Assembly: GCA_039630575.1 (NCBI GenBank)
Contig: JBCNUW010000002.1
Span: 32,001-96,000 of the forward strand
Reading direction: 5' to 3'
Length of the DNA stretch: 64,000 bases
Source: Candidatus Hydrothermales bacterium
GTDB taxonomy: Bacteria > Hydrothermota > Hydrothermia > Hydrothermales > JAJRUZ01
The notes below the pieces were generated by a model. The model was not told where the DNA came from. It made no database searches and was given only the letters and a program-made list of their open reading frames with translations. The position numbers and the translations under genes were made by a program. Shown here one piece after another: positions 1 to 11,011 of this stretch (within the stretch, counting starts at the first letter, position 1; each line of letters begins with the position of its first letter).

Positions 1-461
1 TGTCCTATTATTGAACATCCAATTGTTTTAACAATTTTTCTAAATTCTTCTATAGTTAAATCGGTTTTATAACCTGGTATTGACTCAAGTTTATCAACAG
101 TTCCTCCGGTGTGCCCGAGGGCTCTTCCTGAAATCATAGGAATATAAACTCCAAGGGATGCCATTATGGGTGCTAATGCAAGAGAAACTTTATCACCTAC
201 TCCACCTGTTGAATGTTTATCAAGTAAAGGATGAACAGAGAGTATATCAATAGTTTTACCTGAATCTCTCATTGATTTTGTTAAAAAGAAAGTCTCTTCA
301 TCATTTAGACCTTGAAAGAAGATAGCCATTAAGAGGGCAGAGATCTGATAGTCTGGTATTTTTCCTTTGATAACTCCTTCAACAAAGAATTCTATCTCTT
401 CTTTATTTAAAATTTTACCGTCTCTTTTTTTCTCAATAATTCTTAGGATGTTAGGTTCCAT
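1..461 (-). CDS. pdp: Pyrimidine-nucleoside/thymidine phosphorylase, N-terminal part (runs off window)
   Basis: Manual translation from ATG at 461: MEPNILRIIEKKRDG...PDYQISALLMAIFFQG...DKHSTGGVGDKVS...SGRALGHTGGTVDKLESIPG. Confidence 0.93.
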   Translation of the reverse strand, partial: MEPNILRIIEKKRDGKILNKEEIEFFVEGVIKGKIPDYQISALLMAIFFQGLNDEETFFLTKSMRDSGKTIDILSVHPLLDKHSTGGVGDKVSLALAPIMASLGVYIPMISGRALGHTGGTVDKLESIPGYKTDLTIEEFRKIVKTIGCSIIG

Positions 462-1639
462 TTTTTAGATAGAGCTTTAAGTGCCCTTATTAAGTTTTCT
501 TCTTTTAAAAGAAGGATGATTCCGGGTTTAGAAGAAAAAATTGCATAAACGTGGATACCTATTTTTTCTAATTCTTCAAGGGATTTTTCAAGTATTAAGG
601 GAGAGTCTCCTATTCCATAACCAACAAGTGTTAAAGTTCCCATATTTTTAATAATTTTTATTTTGAAGGGTTTATATATATTTTCGATTTCATTTATAAT
701 TTTTTTATGGATTTTATTTTTTGTTTCAACAGCAAAGGTAAGATCAACACCTTTTTCTTTTCTAATACCGTGTGTGAAAAATAAAACATTTATGTTATTT
801 TCATTTAAGAACTTGGCTATTTGAGGTATATTCATATTTTCTTTTACTTTTTCAAGTAAAATAACAGATAGACCTTTTTTAATTACAATAGCTTTTACAT
901 ATGGTGTTTCAATAGCCTCATTTTCTATTAATGTGAAGTTGTTGCTATTCATTTTTTTTATATAAAATTTTAAGTTATGCTTCATTCCCAATGCTACAGC
1001 TCTTGGATTTAAGACTTCTGCTCCGTATTCTGAGAGAAAGAGCATCTCTTCAAAGGATATTTTTTTTATTCTTTTAGAATTTTTTATTATTTTAGGTGGT
1101 AAAGCATATATGCCATCTACATCTTTATAAAAAATTACATCCTTTGCTTTCAAAAATACTGCCAAAGCTGCTGCTGTTAGGTCTGATCCTCCTCTTCCAA
1201 GAGTAGTTATTTCTTTTTCTGTACTTACGCCTTGGAATCCAGCTATAATTGGTATTTGGCCCTTTTCCATTGTTTCGAGAATTCTTTTCCCTCTTATTTC
1301 TAAAATATGTGCTGAGCTGTGCTTTGAATCAGTTAATATACCTGCCTGTGAACCAGTCAGTGATCTTGAGTTTATATTTCTTTCTCTTAGTGACAAAGAA
1401 AATAGAGCCATCGCTATTCTTTCTCCTGCTGAAAGTAACATATCTAATTCTCTTTTATCAGGATTTTTTGTAATTTTTTCAGAAAGTTTCAAAAGTTCAT
1501 CAGTTGTATTTCCCATAGCAGATACAACAATTACAGGTTTTGTTCCATTTTTTATTTCCTTTTCAACCTCAAGTGTGGCAAATTTAATTTTTCTTATGTT
1601 TTTCAAAACTTCTCCACCAAATTTTAAGATTTTAATCAC
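443..1639 (-). CDS. lysC: Aspartate kinase
   Basis: KFGG, VVSAMGNTTDEL, GFQG, TTLGRGGSD and DVDG motifs; C-terminal ACT-like region. Confidence 0.92.
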   Translation of the reverse strand: MIKILKFGGEVLKNIRKIKFATLEVEKEIKNGTKPVIVVSAMGNTTDELLKLSEKITKNPDKRELDMLLSAGERIAMALFSLSLRERNINSRSLTGSQAGILTDSKHSSAHILEIRGKRILETMEKGQIPIIAGFQGVSTEKEITTLGRGGSDLTAAALAVFLKAKDVIFYKDVDGIYALPPKIIKNSKRIKKISFEEMLFLSEYGAEVLNPRAVALGMKHNLKFYIKKMNSNNFTLIENEAIETPYVKAIVIKKGLSVILLEKVKENMNIPQIAKFLNENNINVLFFTHGIRKEKGVDLTFAVETKNKIHKKIINEIENIYKPFKIKIIKNMGTLTLVGYGIGDSPLILEKSLEELEKIGIHVYAIFSSKPGIILLLKEENLIRALKALSKKWNLTS

Positions 1640-2775
1640 TTCTGGTAAAATTCTTTGAGTCTTTTAATTGCCTCGTTAAGTTTATCATCACTTAATGTTA
1701 TGCTAAATCTTATAAAACCTTTTCCTTGTTTTCCAAAGCCTTCGCCTGGCAAAGTTAATACTCTTTTTTTCTTAATTAACTCTATAGAAAATTCATAACT
1801 TGAGTAATTTTCTGGTTTTGCCCATATGTAGAAGGTAGTTTGGGAATCAAAAAAATTAATACCTATTTCTAAGAGAGCCTCTTTTAATTTTTTTCTCCTT
1901 TCTTTATATTTTTCTCTTAATGGTTTATTGATTCTTTCGTAATTTAAAAGCGCGTATTCAGCTGCTTTCTGTATTGCTCCAAACTGGCAGTTATCAATAA
2001 CAGTTTTAAATTTAGCAAGATTTTGAATTATTCTTTCATCACCGCAGGCAAAGGCAATTCTCCAACCTGTCATGCTGAATGTTTTAGAAAGTGAGTTAAA
2101 TTCAATAGTGTTTCTTTTACTAACATTCAAAAGTGAAATGGGTTCTTTTTCTTCGTATATTTCAGCATAGCAAAGATCATTAACAAGGGCAAAGTTATAT
2201 TTTTTTGATAATTTTGATGCTTCAGTAAAGAAGTCAAAATTGGCTTCTGCACCTGTTGGGTTATTTGGATAGTTAAGATACATAACCCTTGTTTTCTCTA
2301 AAACTGAAGTAGGTATTTTAGTTAGAAGTGGAAGAAAGTTATTTTTTTCTTTTAATGGCATTTTATATATGATTCCTCCTGCCATTTTTGATGCAAGCTC
2401 ATAGGCTGGATAGGATGGATCAGGAACAAGTGAGTAAGTGTTTTCATCGATTAGTGTAAAGGCAAGGTGTGAAAGTCCTTCTTTTGACCCTATTAAGACA
2501 AGAATTTCTTCCTCTTTTAATTTAACATCAAATCTTTTTTTGTAATAGTTTTTTATTGCTTCTTTAAGAAATTTAAAGCCTTGGTAAGGTGGGTATCGGT
2601 GAAATATAGGATTTTTAGATTCTTTAATTAGAATTTCTATAATTTCATCAGGTGTAGGTATATCAGGGTCCCCAACTCCCATGTCAATTAAATCTTCTTT
2701 GTATTTTGCCTTTAATTTATCTATTTCTTCAAAGAAATAAAGTGGAAATTGTTTTATTCTATTAGAAAATTTCAT
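1636..2775 (-). CDS. PLP-dependent class I/II aminotransferase (LL-diaminopimelate aminotransferase-like)
   Basis: GVGDPD, NYPNNPTG and SLSKTFSMTGWRI motifs; adjacent to lysC. Confidence 0.85.
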   Translation of the reverse strand: MKFSNRIKQFPLYFFEEIDKLKAKYKEDLIDMGVGDPDIPTPDEIIEILIKESKNPIFHRYPPYQGFKFLKEAIKNYYKKRFDVKLKEEEILVLIGSKEGLSHLAFTLIDENTYSLVPDPSYPAYELASKMAGGIIYKMPLKEKNNFLPLLTKIPTSVLEKTRVMYLNYPNNPTGAEANFDFFTEASKLSKKYNFALVNDLCYAEIYEEKEPISLLNVSKRNTIEFNSLSKTFSMTGWRIAFACGDERIIQNLAKFKTVIDNCQFGAIQKAAEYALLNYERINKPLREKYKERRKKLKEALLEIGINFFDSQTTFYIWAKPENYSSYEFSIELIKKKRVLTLPGEGFGKQGKGFIRFSITLSDDKLNEAIKRLKEFYQK

Positions 2776-2790
2776 AATTTATTTTAAGTT

Positions 2791-3564
2791 TTACTGTTTT
2801 ATTTTTTCTTTAATAATTATTTCGGTTGGTAAGGTGGAGTTAATTATATCGAAGGCACTTTCCATATTTGAAGCGATCTCTACAAATCCGAAGCTTCCCC
2901 TTAAAAATAGAAGTTCTCCCCTTTTTACATCTGCGTAGGTTCTTTTTGGTCCTTCAATTACAAAGTTATTTATTTTTAAAACATAGTTTACTTTTTCAAT
3001 GAGCCATTCATTGGGAATATCTGTTAAGATATTACCGAATTTATCTTTTAAAATTGCTTTTCCTTTTATTTCATTTTGGGTTCTTATAGGTTCTTTAATT
3101 TCAAAAATTTTAGGGTTTTCTAATTTTTTAAGGGCTTTTAAAATAAATGGTGTATTAGAGATTTTTGTTGCCCATATAGAAAAGTAGTCTCTTGCATGGA
3201 ATGTAGGTGACGCTTTTTCAGGTGGTGGGGGCAGCTCATAAGCTGTTCCTCCCTTTTTTATGAGTAAAGTGAATATTCCATTATCAGGTCCAACAAAAAA
3301 TCTATTTTCAAAAAAAAGAACAAGTCCTTTTCTTTCAGTTCCAACAGTTGGATCAACGATGCAGAGAAATACTGTTTCTTCAGGATAATCTCGATATAGA
3401 AAGTAAATCCAGTAAATAGAGGAAAATATGTTAAAATTTTCGATATCGTGGAAGACATCTATTATACTTACTTTTTCATTTGAAAGAGATTCTATTTTAG
3501 CTTTTACTGAACCTATATAGGGTGAGTTGTACCCAAAGTCTGTGATAAGTGCAATTATTTTCAT
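2791..3564 (-). CDS. DUF62 SAM hydrolase/halogenase family protein (SAM hydroxide adenosyltransferase-like)
   Basis: TDFG, VDPTVGTER, GPDNG, TFHARD and DKFGN motifs. Confidence 0.88.
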   Translation of the reverse strand: MKIIALITDFGYNSPYIGSVKAKIESLSNEKVSIIDVFHDIENFNIFSSIYWIYFLYRDYPEETVFLCIVDPTVGTERKGLVLFFENRFFVGPDNGIFTLLIKKGGTAYELPPPPEKASPTFHARDYFSIWATKISNTPFILKALKKLENPKIFEIKEPIRTQNEIKGKAILKDKFGNILTDIPNEWLIEKVNYVLKINNFVIEGPKRTYADVKRGELLFLRGSFGFVEIASNMESAFDIINSTLPTEIIIKEKIKQ

Positions 3565-3568
3565 AAGT

Positions 3569-3597
3569 TTGATTTTTATTATTTTTAAAATTATAAT
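3569..3597 (+). promoter_or_regulatory. Sigma70-like promoter for the PorV gene
   Basis: TTGATT(3569-74)-N17-TATAAT(3592-97), 8 nt before ATG 3606. Confidence 0.55.
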
Positions 3598-3605
3598 TAA
3601 AAGGT

Positions 3606-4643
3606 ATGAAGATAAAAAATAAATTAATTACTTTTTTGCTTATACCTTTTTTTCTTTTTTCATCAGCTAATGATGCTGCAGTTGTATTTTTAACGATTTT
3701 TCCTGGTGCAAGGGCAGTGGGTATGGGTGCTGCTTTTACAGCTGTCTCTGATGATGCTACCTGTACCTTTTATAATCCTGGTGGATTGCCTTTTATAAAG
3801 AATCTTGAGGTTTCGCTTCAGCATTCAAACTGGTTGACAGGGTTATGGCCAGATATGTATTATGAATTTTTTGGTTTTGTAAATCCACTTGGTGAGATGG
3901 GTGTTATAGGCGGGAATATTATTTATTTAACTACAGGAGAGACAGAAGCTTATGTTGAGGGTAGTGATGCACCTATTGCAAGGTTTGTAAATTTTGATTT
4001 TGCAGTTACTTTGAATTATGGTTATAAAGTTTTCAAGGATTTAGGTTTGGGAGTAGGAGCAAAGTTTGTGTACTCTTTTCTTGCACCTGATTGGCTTGTT
4101 AAAAGGGTTTTCCCTGAATCTGGAGGAGGTGGAACTGGAATGACTTATGCTTTTGATTTTGGGCTTCTTTATAAATTGACTTTTTCTCAGGAAGTGCAAA
4201 TTTTACCAGGTATGTCTTTTGGACTTTCTCTTTTAAATATTGGTCCTGGAATAAGATATACAAGGAAAGGTGGAGGAGAGGATCCTCTTCCAAGGACATT
4301 AAAGATTGGTATTGCTTTACCGCTTTATAGTTCAGATGCTATAAAGTTGACGGTTTCCTCAGATATAACAAAGATTCTTGTTAAAATATTTGAGGATTGG
4401 GAAGAAAAAGGGTTTAGGTATGTTTGGACAGAGGCTTGGAAGCACTATGGGTTAGAACTTACTTACTATGACTTTGTTTCAATGAGGGGTGGCTATTTTT
4501 TAGACATAGAGGGAGCAAGAATAGGATTTATGTTTGGAGGTGGTATTAAGCTTGGTAAATTTTTCTTCGATATAGGTGTCGATTCTCCTATTTACGATTT
4601 TGAGACTGAAAATTATAGGTTTTCATTGAGATATGTTTTTTAA
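3606..4643 (+). CDS. PorV/PorQ family outer-membrane beta-barrel (T9SS shuttle-like)
   Basis: Signal peptide; FLTIFPGARAVGMG..F.A..DDA..FYNPGGL..H..WL motif; C-terminal aromatic strand ending in F. Confidence 0.85.
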   Translation: MKIKNKLITFLLIPFFLFSSANDAAVVFLTIFPGARAVGMGAAFTAVSDDATCTFYNPGGLPFIKNLEVSLQHSNWLTGLWPDMYYEFFGFVNPLGEMGVIGGNIIYLTTGETEAYVEGSDAPIARFVNFDFAVTLNYGYKVFKDLGLGVGAKFVYSFLAPDWLVKRVFPESGGGGTGMTYAFDFGLLYKLTFSQEVQILPGMSFGLSLLNIGPGIRYTRKGGGEDPLPRTLKIGIALPLYSSDAIKLTVSSDITKILVKIFEDWEEKGFRYVWTEAWKHYGLELTYYDFVSMRGGYFLDIEGARIGFMFGGGIKLGKFFFDIGVDSPIYDFETENYRFSLRYVF

Positions 4644-5638
4644 ACTTAAGGCTATAAGCTTGAAATAGTTGAAAGATTGAATAACGAATATGTAGGTTTT
4701 GAGAGGAATTTTGATCGGATTTAAAAATTTTAGACTAAACTTCTCAATGGCCTTTTCCTAATAGCAAATAGGGATATAATAAAAAATGGTTTAAGTTATA
4801 TAATTTATAAATCTACGGATTCTAAAAAAGAAAAGTGAAGATATAAAATCTTTGACGCCTTGTCTGATTATCAAATTATTATTTACTTTAATTTCCTTAA
4901 TTAATTTTAGGATTTCTGTTTACAAAAAAGTTGGATTAAAAAATTCATAGCCAAAATTTGATTAATTATGGAAATATGGCATCAATGTGAAATTCTGGAT
5001 ATGCTGATGTTTTTACTCTAAAATTTGAAAGGCTTTATTTGCAGAAAATTCTGGTTTAGTTCCAAACATAGACACTTAAATTTTACAATTTCCCTTTTCT
5101 TTAAAAAACTTACAAAATTAAACGAAAATTTTACTTTATAATCTCGGGGTAATATAGTTTACTTTGTACTATCTTTTTACTTCCTAATAACATTTTATAT
5201 AAAAAAATTCAAAAATGTTTTTTTATTTATGGTGGCAAAAATGTTTGATACATTTAAAATGTTAAAGTTAAGTTATCATTAAATTTATTTTGAAAAATTT
5301 AAGTATGTATACTTTTATAAATTGTAAAAGAACTTCTTTTGATAAATTAAAGGTCATAAATATAAGCACACAAATGATATTTTAAAAGAAAATACAATCA
5401 GAATTCCACAAAAAAGTTGAGAAATTAATGGATTAAAGTGGATGGGGTAATTAAAATTTGGAGTGATTTTGAGACAATTAATACCAACTTCTGATTAGAA
5501 AGTTTTAGTAAAATGAAGGATACGAAAATGAAGAGAAATAAACAGAAATAACACTTGATCTTGCTATCAAGGATATTCTAAGTATGAAATATTAAATTTT
5601 TTTAAAAAGTAAGTTATAATAAAAATTAATATTTAGTA

Positions 5639-6367
5639 ATGGAGTTTACACTTGCAATAATCAATATCTATCATATGGGTGAAAGTGGCAAACATGTTAT
5701 TAATGTTGAAAATAATGATGATATATTATCTTCTAAAAGACAAGTGGAGATTGAAGAGTTGGTTAATAAACTTGCAAGCTACAAACCAACAAAAATATTT
5801 ATAGAGGTACTTCCAGAAAAAGAGAAAGAGTGGAACGAAAAATACAATAACTACTTGAATGGTAAACTTGAGCTTGATAGAAATGAAATTGAGCAAGTTG
5901 GATTTAGACTTGCTAAGATACTTGGACATAAAAGATTATACGGTATTGATGATTTTAATGAAGAGTTTGATTGGGGTGAAAGTTTTGAGAACCCCTTTGA
6001 AAAATATAAAAATGATAAAGAATTAAAAAATTTATTGAAAAAAGGTGAAAGAAAATCTCAAAAAGAAATTAAAATTTTGAAAGAAAAAGGAGTAATTGGG
6101 TTTATCAGGTATTTAAATAGTCCTAAATATATGAAGGAGGATAATGAATTTTATATAGAGATTGCAAAAATAAGAAGAGAGTTTGCTTTATGGGTTAAGT
6201 GGTGGTATGGCAGAAACTTTAATATATTCCGAAACATTCTTAATAAAGCTCAAAATGGGGATAAAATTTTAGTTATCATAGGAGCAGGACATGGTTATTT
6301 TTTAAGAGAGATAAGCAAAAAATATAAAGGAGTAAGATTGATAGATATAAGAAAATATCTAAAGTAA
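5639..6367 (+). CDS. DUF5694 family protein
   Basis: YHM, KRQ.EIE.L...LA.YKPTKI.IE, NEI.QVGFRLA, WY.RN and GAGH motifs. Confidence 0.75.
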   Translation: MEFTLAIINIYHMGESGKHVINVENNDDILSSKRQVEIEELVNKLASYKPTKIFIEVLPEKEKEWNEKYNNYLNGKLELDRNEIEQVGFRLAKILGHKRLYGIDDFNEEFDWGESFENPFEKYKNDKELKNLLKKGERKSQKEIKILKEKGVIGFIRYLNSPKYMKEDNEFYIEIAKIRREFALWVKWWYGRNFNIFRNILNKAQNGDKILVIIGAGHGYFLREISKKYKGVRLIDIRKYLK

Positions 6368-6529
6368 AAAAATTACTAAGGTTTGTATAAAAGAGTATTT
6401 TTGCGCTGTGTTTTCTATGTTATTCTGAGTTTTAATTTTTTTATTTTGCTCTTGCCTAAAATTTTTTGCTTTTTAGTTTTTTTAAAAGGTTAAATTTTAT
6501 TGAGAATAAAAAAATTTTAACGTAAAAAT

Positions 6530-7586
6530 TGCAAACATGGAAAAAAACACTGTAAGTTTAAAAGATGATTAATATCTGGAAAAGGGTATCTTTTTAGAAT
6601 GTTCTTTCTATCATAAGAAGTTAAAATGAAAAATTGAGAAAAATATTTAAAGGTGAAAACCATGCATTTCCAAATTTAATTCTTTTTTCCACTTCAATAA
6701 ACCTTGTATCAAATTTTACTCCTCCACCAAGCTTAAATTTTTAATCTCTTTTGTATAGCCTGAATAAATTTCAATTATATTCCGTGTGGGTTCTTCTTTA
6801 TAGTTAAAATAATTTCCGAGGGATAAAATTTGTTTGATAAAGAAAAGGTAAAAGAATTCCTATTTTTTTCATATTAATTATTAGGGATAATTCAGGTTTT
6901 AAACGGATATATTCATTCTCAAAAATTTCTGAACCACCAAATTTATTAAAAGGAAAATGAGAAATTAAAAAGAAAATTTTAAAATTATTTAAACTATAGT
7001 TTACTCCTGCCCTTACTGTAAAAGGTAAATTAGAGAAAGAATAAAAAGTTGTTGTTATTGAAAAAACCAAATAATCAAGCTTTGTTTTTTAAAATATTTT
7101 CTATTTCCCATATCAGTGCAAAAGGCATATTTTTTAAGTTTATAGTCTCTACTATATTTTATATACTCATCAAGTAAGGGATTATAGTGATAAAATATTT
7201 TTCCATTTAAAAAAAGATTGAATTTTTTATAAGATTAAAAGCAGTTTTACTTTTAAAAATTGTTGAAATTAATTTAAATGAATCTGAAAACAATCTTCTG
7301 TATACACCATCATTTCATTTTTAAAGTCCCCTTCTTTTGAATATACAAATTCTATAAATATGAATTTTTTATAAAAGGAGGAATAAAATAGATATTGGGT
7401 GTAATCATTCTAAAATGTATTAGATTCACCATTTTTAGTAATTACTTCCCAGTCATAAGAAAAATGTTCAAAGTAGACACTTAGAGGATTTTTTCTTTTA
7501 TAGAAAAACGAATCTCTCTAAATGAAATTGTATTGTCATAAAAAATAGAAAATTTTTGAAAATAAAATGATTAGAAATATTTTCAT
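6530..7586 (-). pseudogene. Degraded gene for an exported, aromatic-rich (outer-membrane-like) protein; 3' end approximate
   Basis: ATG at 7586 gives MKIFLIILFSKIFYFL*, preceded by TAAAAT-N6; downstream fragments (including ORF 6804-7070) are broken by stops and frameshifts. Confidence 0.4.
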
Positions 7587-8078
7587 GATATAATTTTATT
7601 TTAAAAAATAATCAATTCACTTTTATTTCTGTAAAATTTAGACGAAGAAAGTATTTCTCATTTTATATTTTATTATAAAGTTTTTGTATTTATTGTATAA
7701 TTCCATACATTTTGGTCTTGTAGGGTTATTAAAGGAAAATTTTTATTCAATGAAGTGTGAGGTTTAAATTAGTATAAAATTTTTCTTTGTTTAATTAGGT
7801 TTTCGGAAATACCTTCTACAAAACATTTTTGTATAGTTCTAATGAATTTATCTCCAAGTTTTTGCATAAAAATATTATTGCTTATGGGTTTGGTTTTTCA
7901 TTTTTTTCTTTCAAGCATTTTATAACTTTTATGATAGCCAGATTCAGTAAGAAACTTCAAACTCTTTACAAAACCCATCAAGTAGCAACTTTTATTATCT
8001 TTCCTCTTCTTTGGAATATGTTGGGATAAATACTATCTATTTTCTTCTTATAAGCTTTTCTTATATTTTTAATTTAAA

Positions 8079-8107
8079 TTGCTTTTTATTTTAAAAAAAC
8101 TTATAAT
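8079..8107 (+). promoter_or_regulatory. Sigma70-like leaderless-type promoter for the M28 peptidase
   Basis: TTGCTT(8079-84)-N17-TATAAT(8102-07), 5 nt before ATG 8113. Confidence 0.55.
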
Positions 8108-8112
8108 AAGTG

Positions 8113-9165
8113 ATGAATTTTATAATTTCTTTATTTTTTGTTTCACAAAGTTACAATCAAGAAATTGCCGATATAATCCAGAGAGTATCTTTAGATTCTA
8201 TTTACGATGTTATTTACAAGTTACAAAAATTTTGGACAAGACATTATTTAAGCGACTCAATGTATAAATCCCGTTTATGGATAAAATCTAAATTGGAGAA
8301 TTACGGATATTTTATGAGGGAACATATTTTCTTTTATGGTGGAAGAGAACAGGCGAATATCATAGCCACTAAGTACGGGATTTTAGACACATTAAATCCA
8401 ATAATAATTACTGCTCATTATGATTCAAGGGGTTTAAACTGGTGGCAACCCCCATACGGACCAGCACCAGGTGCTGATGACAACGCTTCAGGTGTGTCTC
8501 TTTTGATTGAAGTTGCAAGAATTATTAAAGATATGAATTTTAACTACACCATTAAATTTGTTGCCTTTGCTGCTGAAGAACCAGGTCTAATAGGTTCCCA
8601 GAAACTTGCTGATTATTACATACAGAACAATAGGAGAATAAAGTATCTTTTTAATGTTGACATGATAGGCGGAGATATAAATTATTTAAATAACAGGGTG
8701 ATAGTAGAATGGGATATGGGGAATCAAGTTGACTCAAATGACAATAAATCTTTTGCTTATGCAGAAACACTTGCAACCATGTATAATCTCTATACAACCC
8801 TTAATACTGTTTATGGAAATATTTTTGCATCAGACTATTTACCTTTCGAAGCTTACGGTTATACAACTCTCGGTCTATTTGAATATTATTTTAATTCAGG
8901 ATATCACAGTGAAGATGATATTGTTGATTCTCTTGATATTAACTACGCAACCACAATAATAAAAGGAGCTCTTGCCTTTATATTACATACAGCAAAATTA
9001 CAACCATCCTATGTAAAAGAAAAAATTACTTCAAAAAATATTACCTTTATTAAAAATAACATTTATGATATATCTGGAAGAAAAGTAAACAAAGATAAAA
9101 TTTTAAAAGGCATCTATATTCTAAAAGATGGCTCAATTACCAAAAAAATTATAAAAATCAAATAA
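8113..9165 (+). CDS. M28 family zinc aminopeptidase with short T9SS-like C-terminal tail
   Basis: AHYDS, GADDNASG, AEEPGL.GS, NVDMIG, SDY..F and YHS..D motifs; tail IYDISGRKV...KGIYIL...KKIIKIK. Confidence 0.88.
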   Translation: MNFIISLFFVSQSYNQEIADIIQRVSLDSIYDVIYKLQKFWTRHYLSDSMYKSRLWIKSKLENYGYFMREHIFFYGGREQANIIATKYGILDTLNPIIITAHYDSRGLNWWQPPYGPAPGADDNASGVSLLIEVARIIKDMNFNYTIKFVAFAAEEPGLIGSQKLADYYIQNNRRIKYLFNVDMIGGDINYLNNRVIVEWDMGNQVDSNDNKSFAYAETLATMYNLYTTLNTVYGNIFASDYLPFEAYGYTTLGLFEYYFNSGYHSEDDIVDSLDINYATTIIKGALAFILHTAKLQPSYVKEKITSKNITFIKNNIYDISGRKVNKDKILKGIYILKDGSITKKIIKIK

Positions 9166-9250
9166 ATTCTTTAGGTTTGCAAAAATAAAAATAGAAAGTT
9201 ATATTTTATTATAAAATTTAAAAGATTCTTTTTTTAAAAGGAGGTAAAAT

Positions 9251-11011
9251 TTGAAAGAAGATGTACAGGTACGTATAGCCGGTATTGCCGGTGATGGAAG
9301 TTTTATTACAGGTGAGGTTTTAGCTTCTGCTTTAAAGAAAATAGGTTTCTTCGTAGTTACAATAAGAGATTTTCCGTCGAATATAAGGGGTCTACCCTCA
9401 AACTACACAGTAAGAGGTTCTTCAAAACCTGTATATGGAAGGAAAGATTTTGACGATTTTCAAATAGCCTTTGATCTACAAAGTCTTAAAAACCACCTTT
9501 CAGATCTAAAAGAAGGGTCAGTTGTAATATATGATTCACCTAAATTAGAGGAATTAAAAAGTGAAATCAGAAAGGATGGGATTTATTATGTTTCATTACC
9601 ACTAAGGGAAATTGCAAGAAAGGAAATGGGAGTTGAGCTTATAAAAAATATGGTTGCCTTTGGTGTCCTTGCAGAAATACTCGGAATTAATGACGAAATT
9701 ATTAACCTTGTTGTCTACGAAAACTTTAAAAAGAAAGGCGAAAAGTTCATTGAATTAAACAAAAAAGCTATTTTAAGAGGTAGAGAACTTATAAGAAATA
9801 ATGAAAAAAAATTTCCTGATTTCAAACTAAAAATTTTAAAAGATGAAAACAGAGTACTTGCCATGGGTAACGATCTTGTTTCTATGGGTGCGATAGCGGG
9901 AGGATGCAGATTTCTTGCAGCTTATCCAATAACTCCAGCTTCAGAAGTTCTTGAATTTTTAGCGAGAGAATTAAAAAAATTCGGAGGAGTGACTGTTCAA
10001 GCTGAAGATGAGATAGCTTCAATAAATATGGCGATTGGAGCTTCCATAGCAGGGTTAAGAGCTCTTGTATCCTCCTCTGGACCTGGAATTGCCCTAAAAA
10101 CTGAGGGTCTTTCCTATGCTGGAATGACAGAAACCCCCCTTGTAATTTACTATGCCATGAGAGTTGGACCTTCTACCGGTCTACCTACGAAAACAAGTCA
10201 AGAGGATATGCTTTATATAATCTTTGGAGGGCACGGTGAGTTTCCAAGAGTTGTTTTAATGCCTGGAACACCTGAGGAACTGTTTTATTTAACTGCTGAA
10301 GCCTTTAATCTAGCTGAAGAATTTCAAATTCCAGTAATTATACTTACAGACCAATTCTTAGCTCAGAACAAGTTTACTATAGATAAACATAAGTTAAATC
10401 CACAAAAGGTTGAAATAAGAAGGGGCAAACTTTTATTAGACGGAGACAACATTCCAAAAAAGGATGGATTTTTCTTGAGATACAAAATTGAAGAGGACGG
10501 AATTTCTCCACGAATAATTCCTGGTACAGAAGGAGGAGTTTTCGGAACAACAGGTTATGAACACGATGAAGCAGGCTATGGAACTGAAGATGAAGAAAAT
10601 AGAATAAAGATGGTTAATAAAAGAATGACAAAAATAAAGTCCATATCCAAAAAGGTCCCGCCACCTGCTCTATATGAAAAGAAAGAATCTAAGTATGGAA
10701 TAATATCAGCTGGATCAACTTTCGGACCAGTCTTGGAAACAATCGAAAGATTTGAGGGGGAGGGAATAAATATTTCTTTTTTAAGAATTGTAACACTATG
10801 GCCATTCCCTGAAGAGGAAGTAAGAAAGTTTGTAGAGGATAAAGAAAAAGTTTTTATTGTGGAACAAAACTATAAAGGTCAACTGAGATTTCTTGTTGAA
10901 AATGCCATAATAGATGTGCACAAAAATAAAATAAGGGGTATTACAAAATACTCAGGAAAAGCCTTTAGACCGCTGGAGATAGAAAATAAAATAAGGGAGG
11001 AAATAAAGTGA
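9251..11011 (+). CDS. korA: 2-oxoacid:ferredoxin oxidoreductase alpha subunit (gamma-alpha fusion)
   Basis: N-terminal G..GDG gamma domain; YPITPAS, QAEDEIA, SSGPG, R.GPSTGLPT and EQN..GQ motifs. Confidence 0.9.
   Translation: MKEDVQVRIAGIAGDGSFITGEVLASALKKIGFFVVTIRDFPSNIRGLPSNYTVRGSSKPVYGRKDFDDFQIAFDLQSLKNHLSDLKEGSVVIYDSPKLEELKSEIRKDGIYYVSLPLREIARKEMGVELIKNMVAFGVLAEILGINDEIINLVVYENFKKKGEKFIELNKKAILRGRELIRNNEKKFPDFKLKILKDENRVLAMGNDLVSMGAIAGGCRFLAAYPITPASEVLEFLARELKKFGGVTVQAEDEIASINMAIGASIAGLRALVSSSGPGIALKTEGLSYAGMTETPLVIYYAMRVGPSTGLPTKTSQEDMLYIIFGGHGEFPRVVLMPGTPEELFYLTAEAFNLAEEFQIPVIILTDQFLAQNKFTIDKHKLNPQKVEIRRGKLLLDGDNIPKKDGFFLRYKIEEDGISPRIIPGTEGGVFGTTGYEHDEAGYGTEDEENRIKMVNKRMTKIKSISKKVPPPALYEKKESKYGIISAGSTFGPVLETIERFEGEGINISFLRIVTLWPFPEEEVRKFVEDKEKVFIVEQNYKGQLRFLVENAIIDVHKNKIRGITKYSGKAFRPLEIENKIREEIK

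Noticed and set aside
2791..3564. Fluorinase/chlorinase
   Set aside because: The Asp (VDP), Arg (TER) and His (TFH) residues typical of DUF62 SAM hydrolases are present; no halometabolite cluster nearby.
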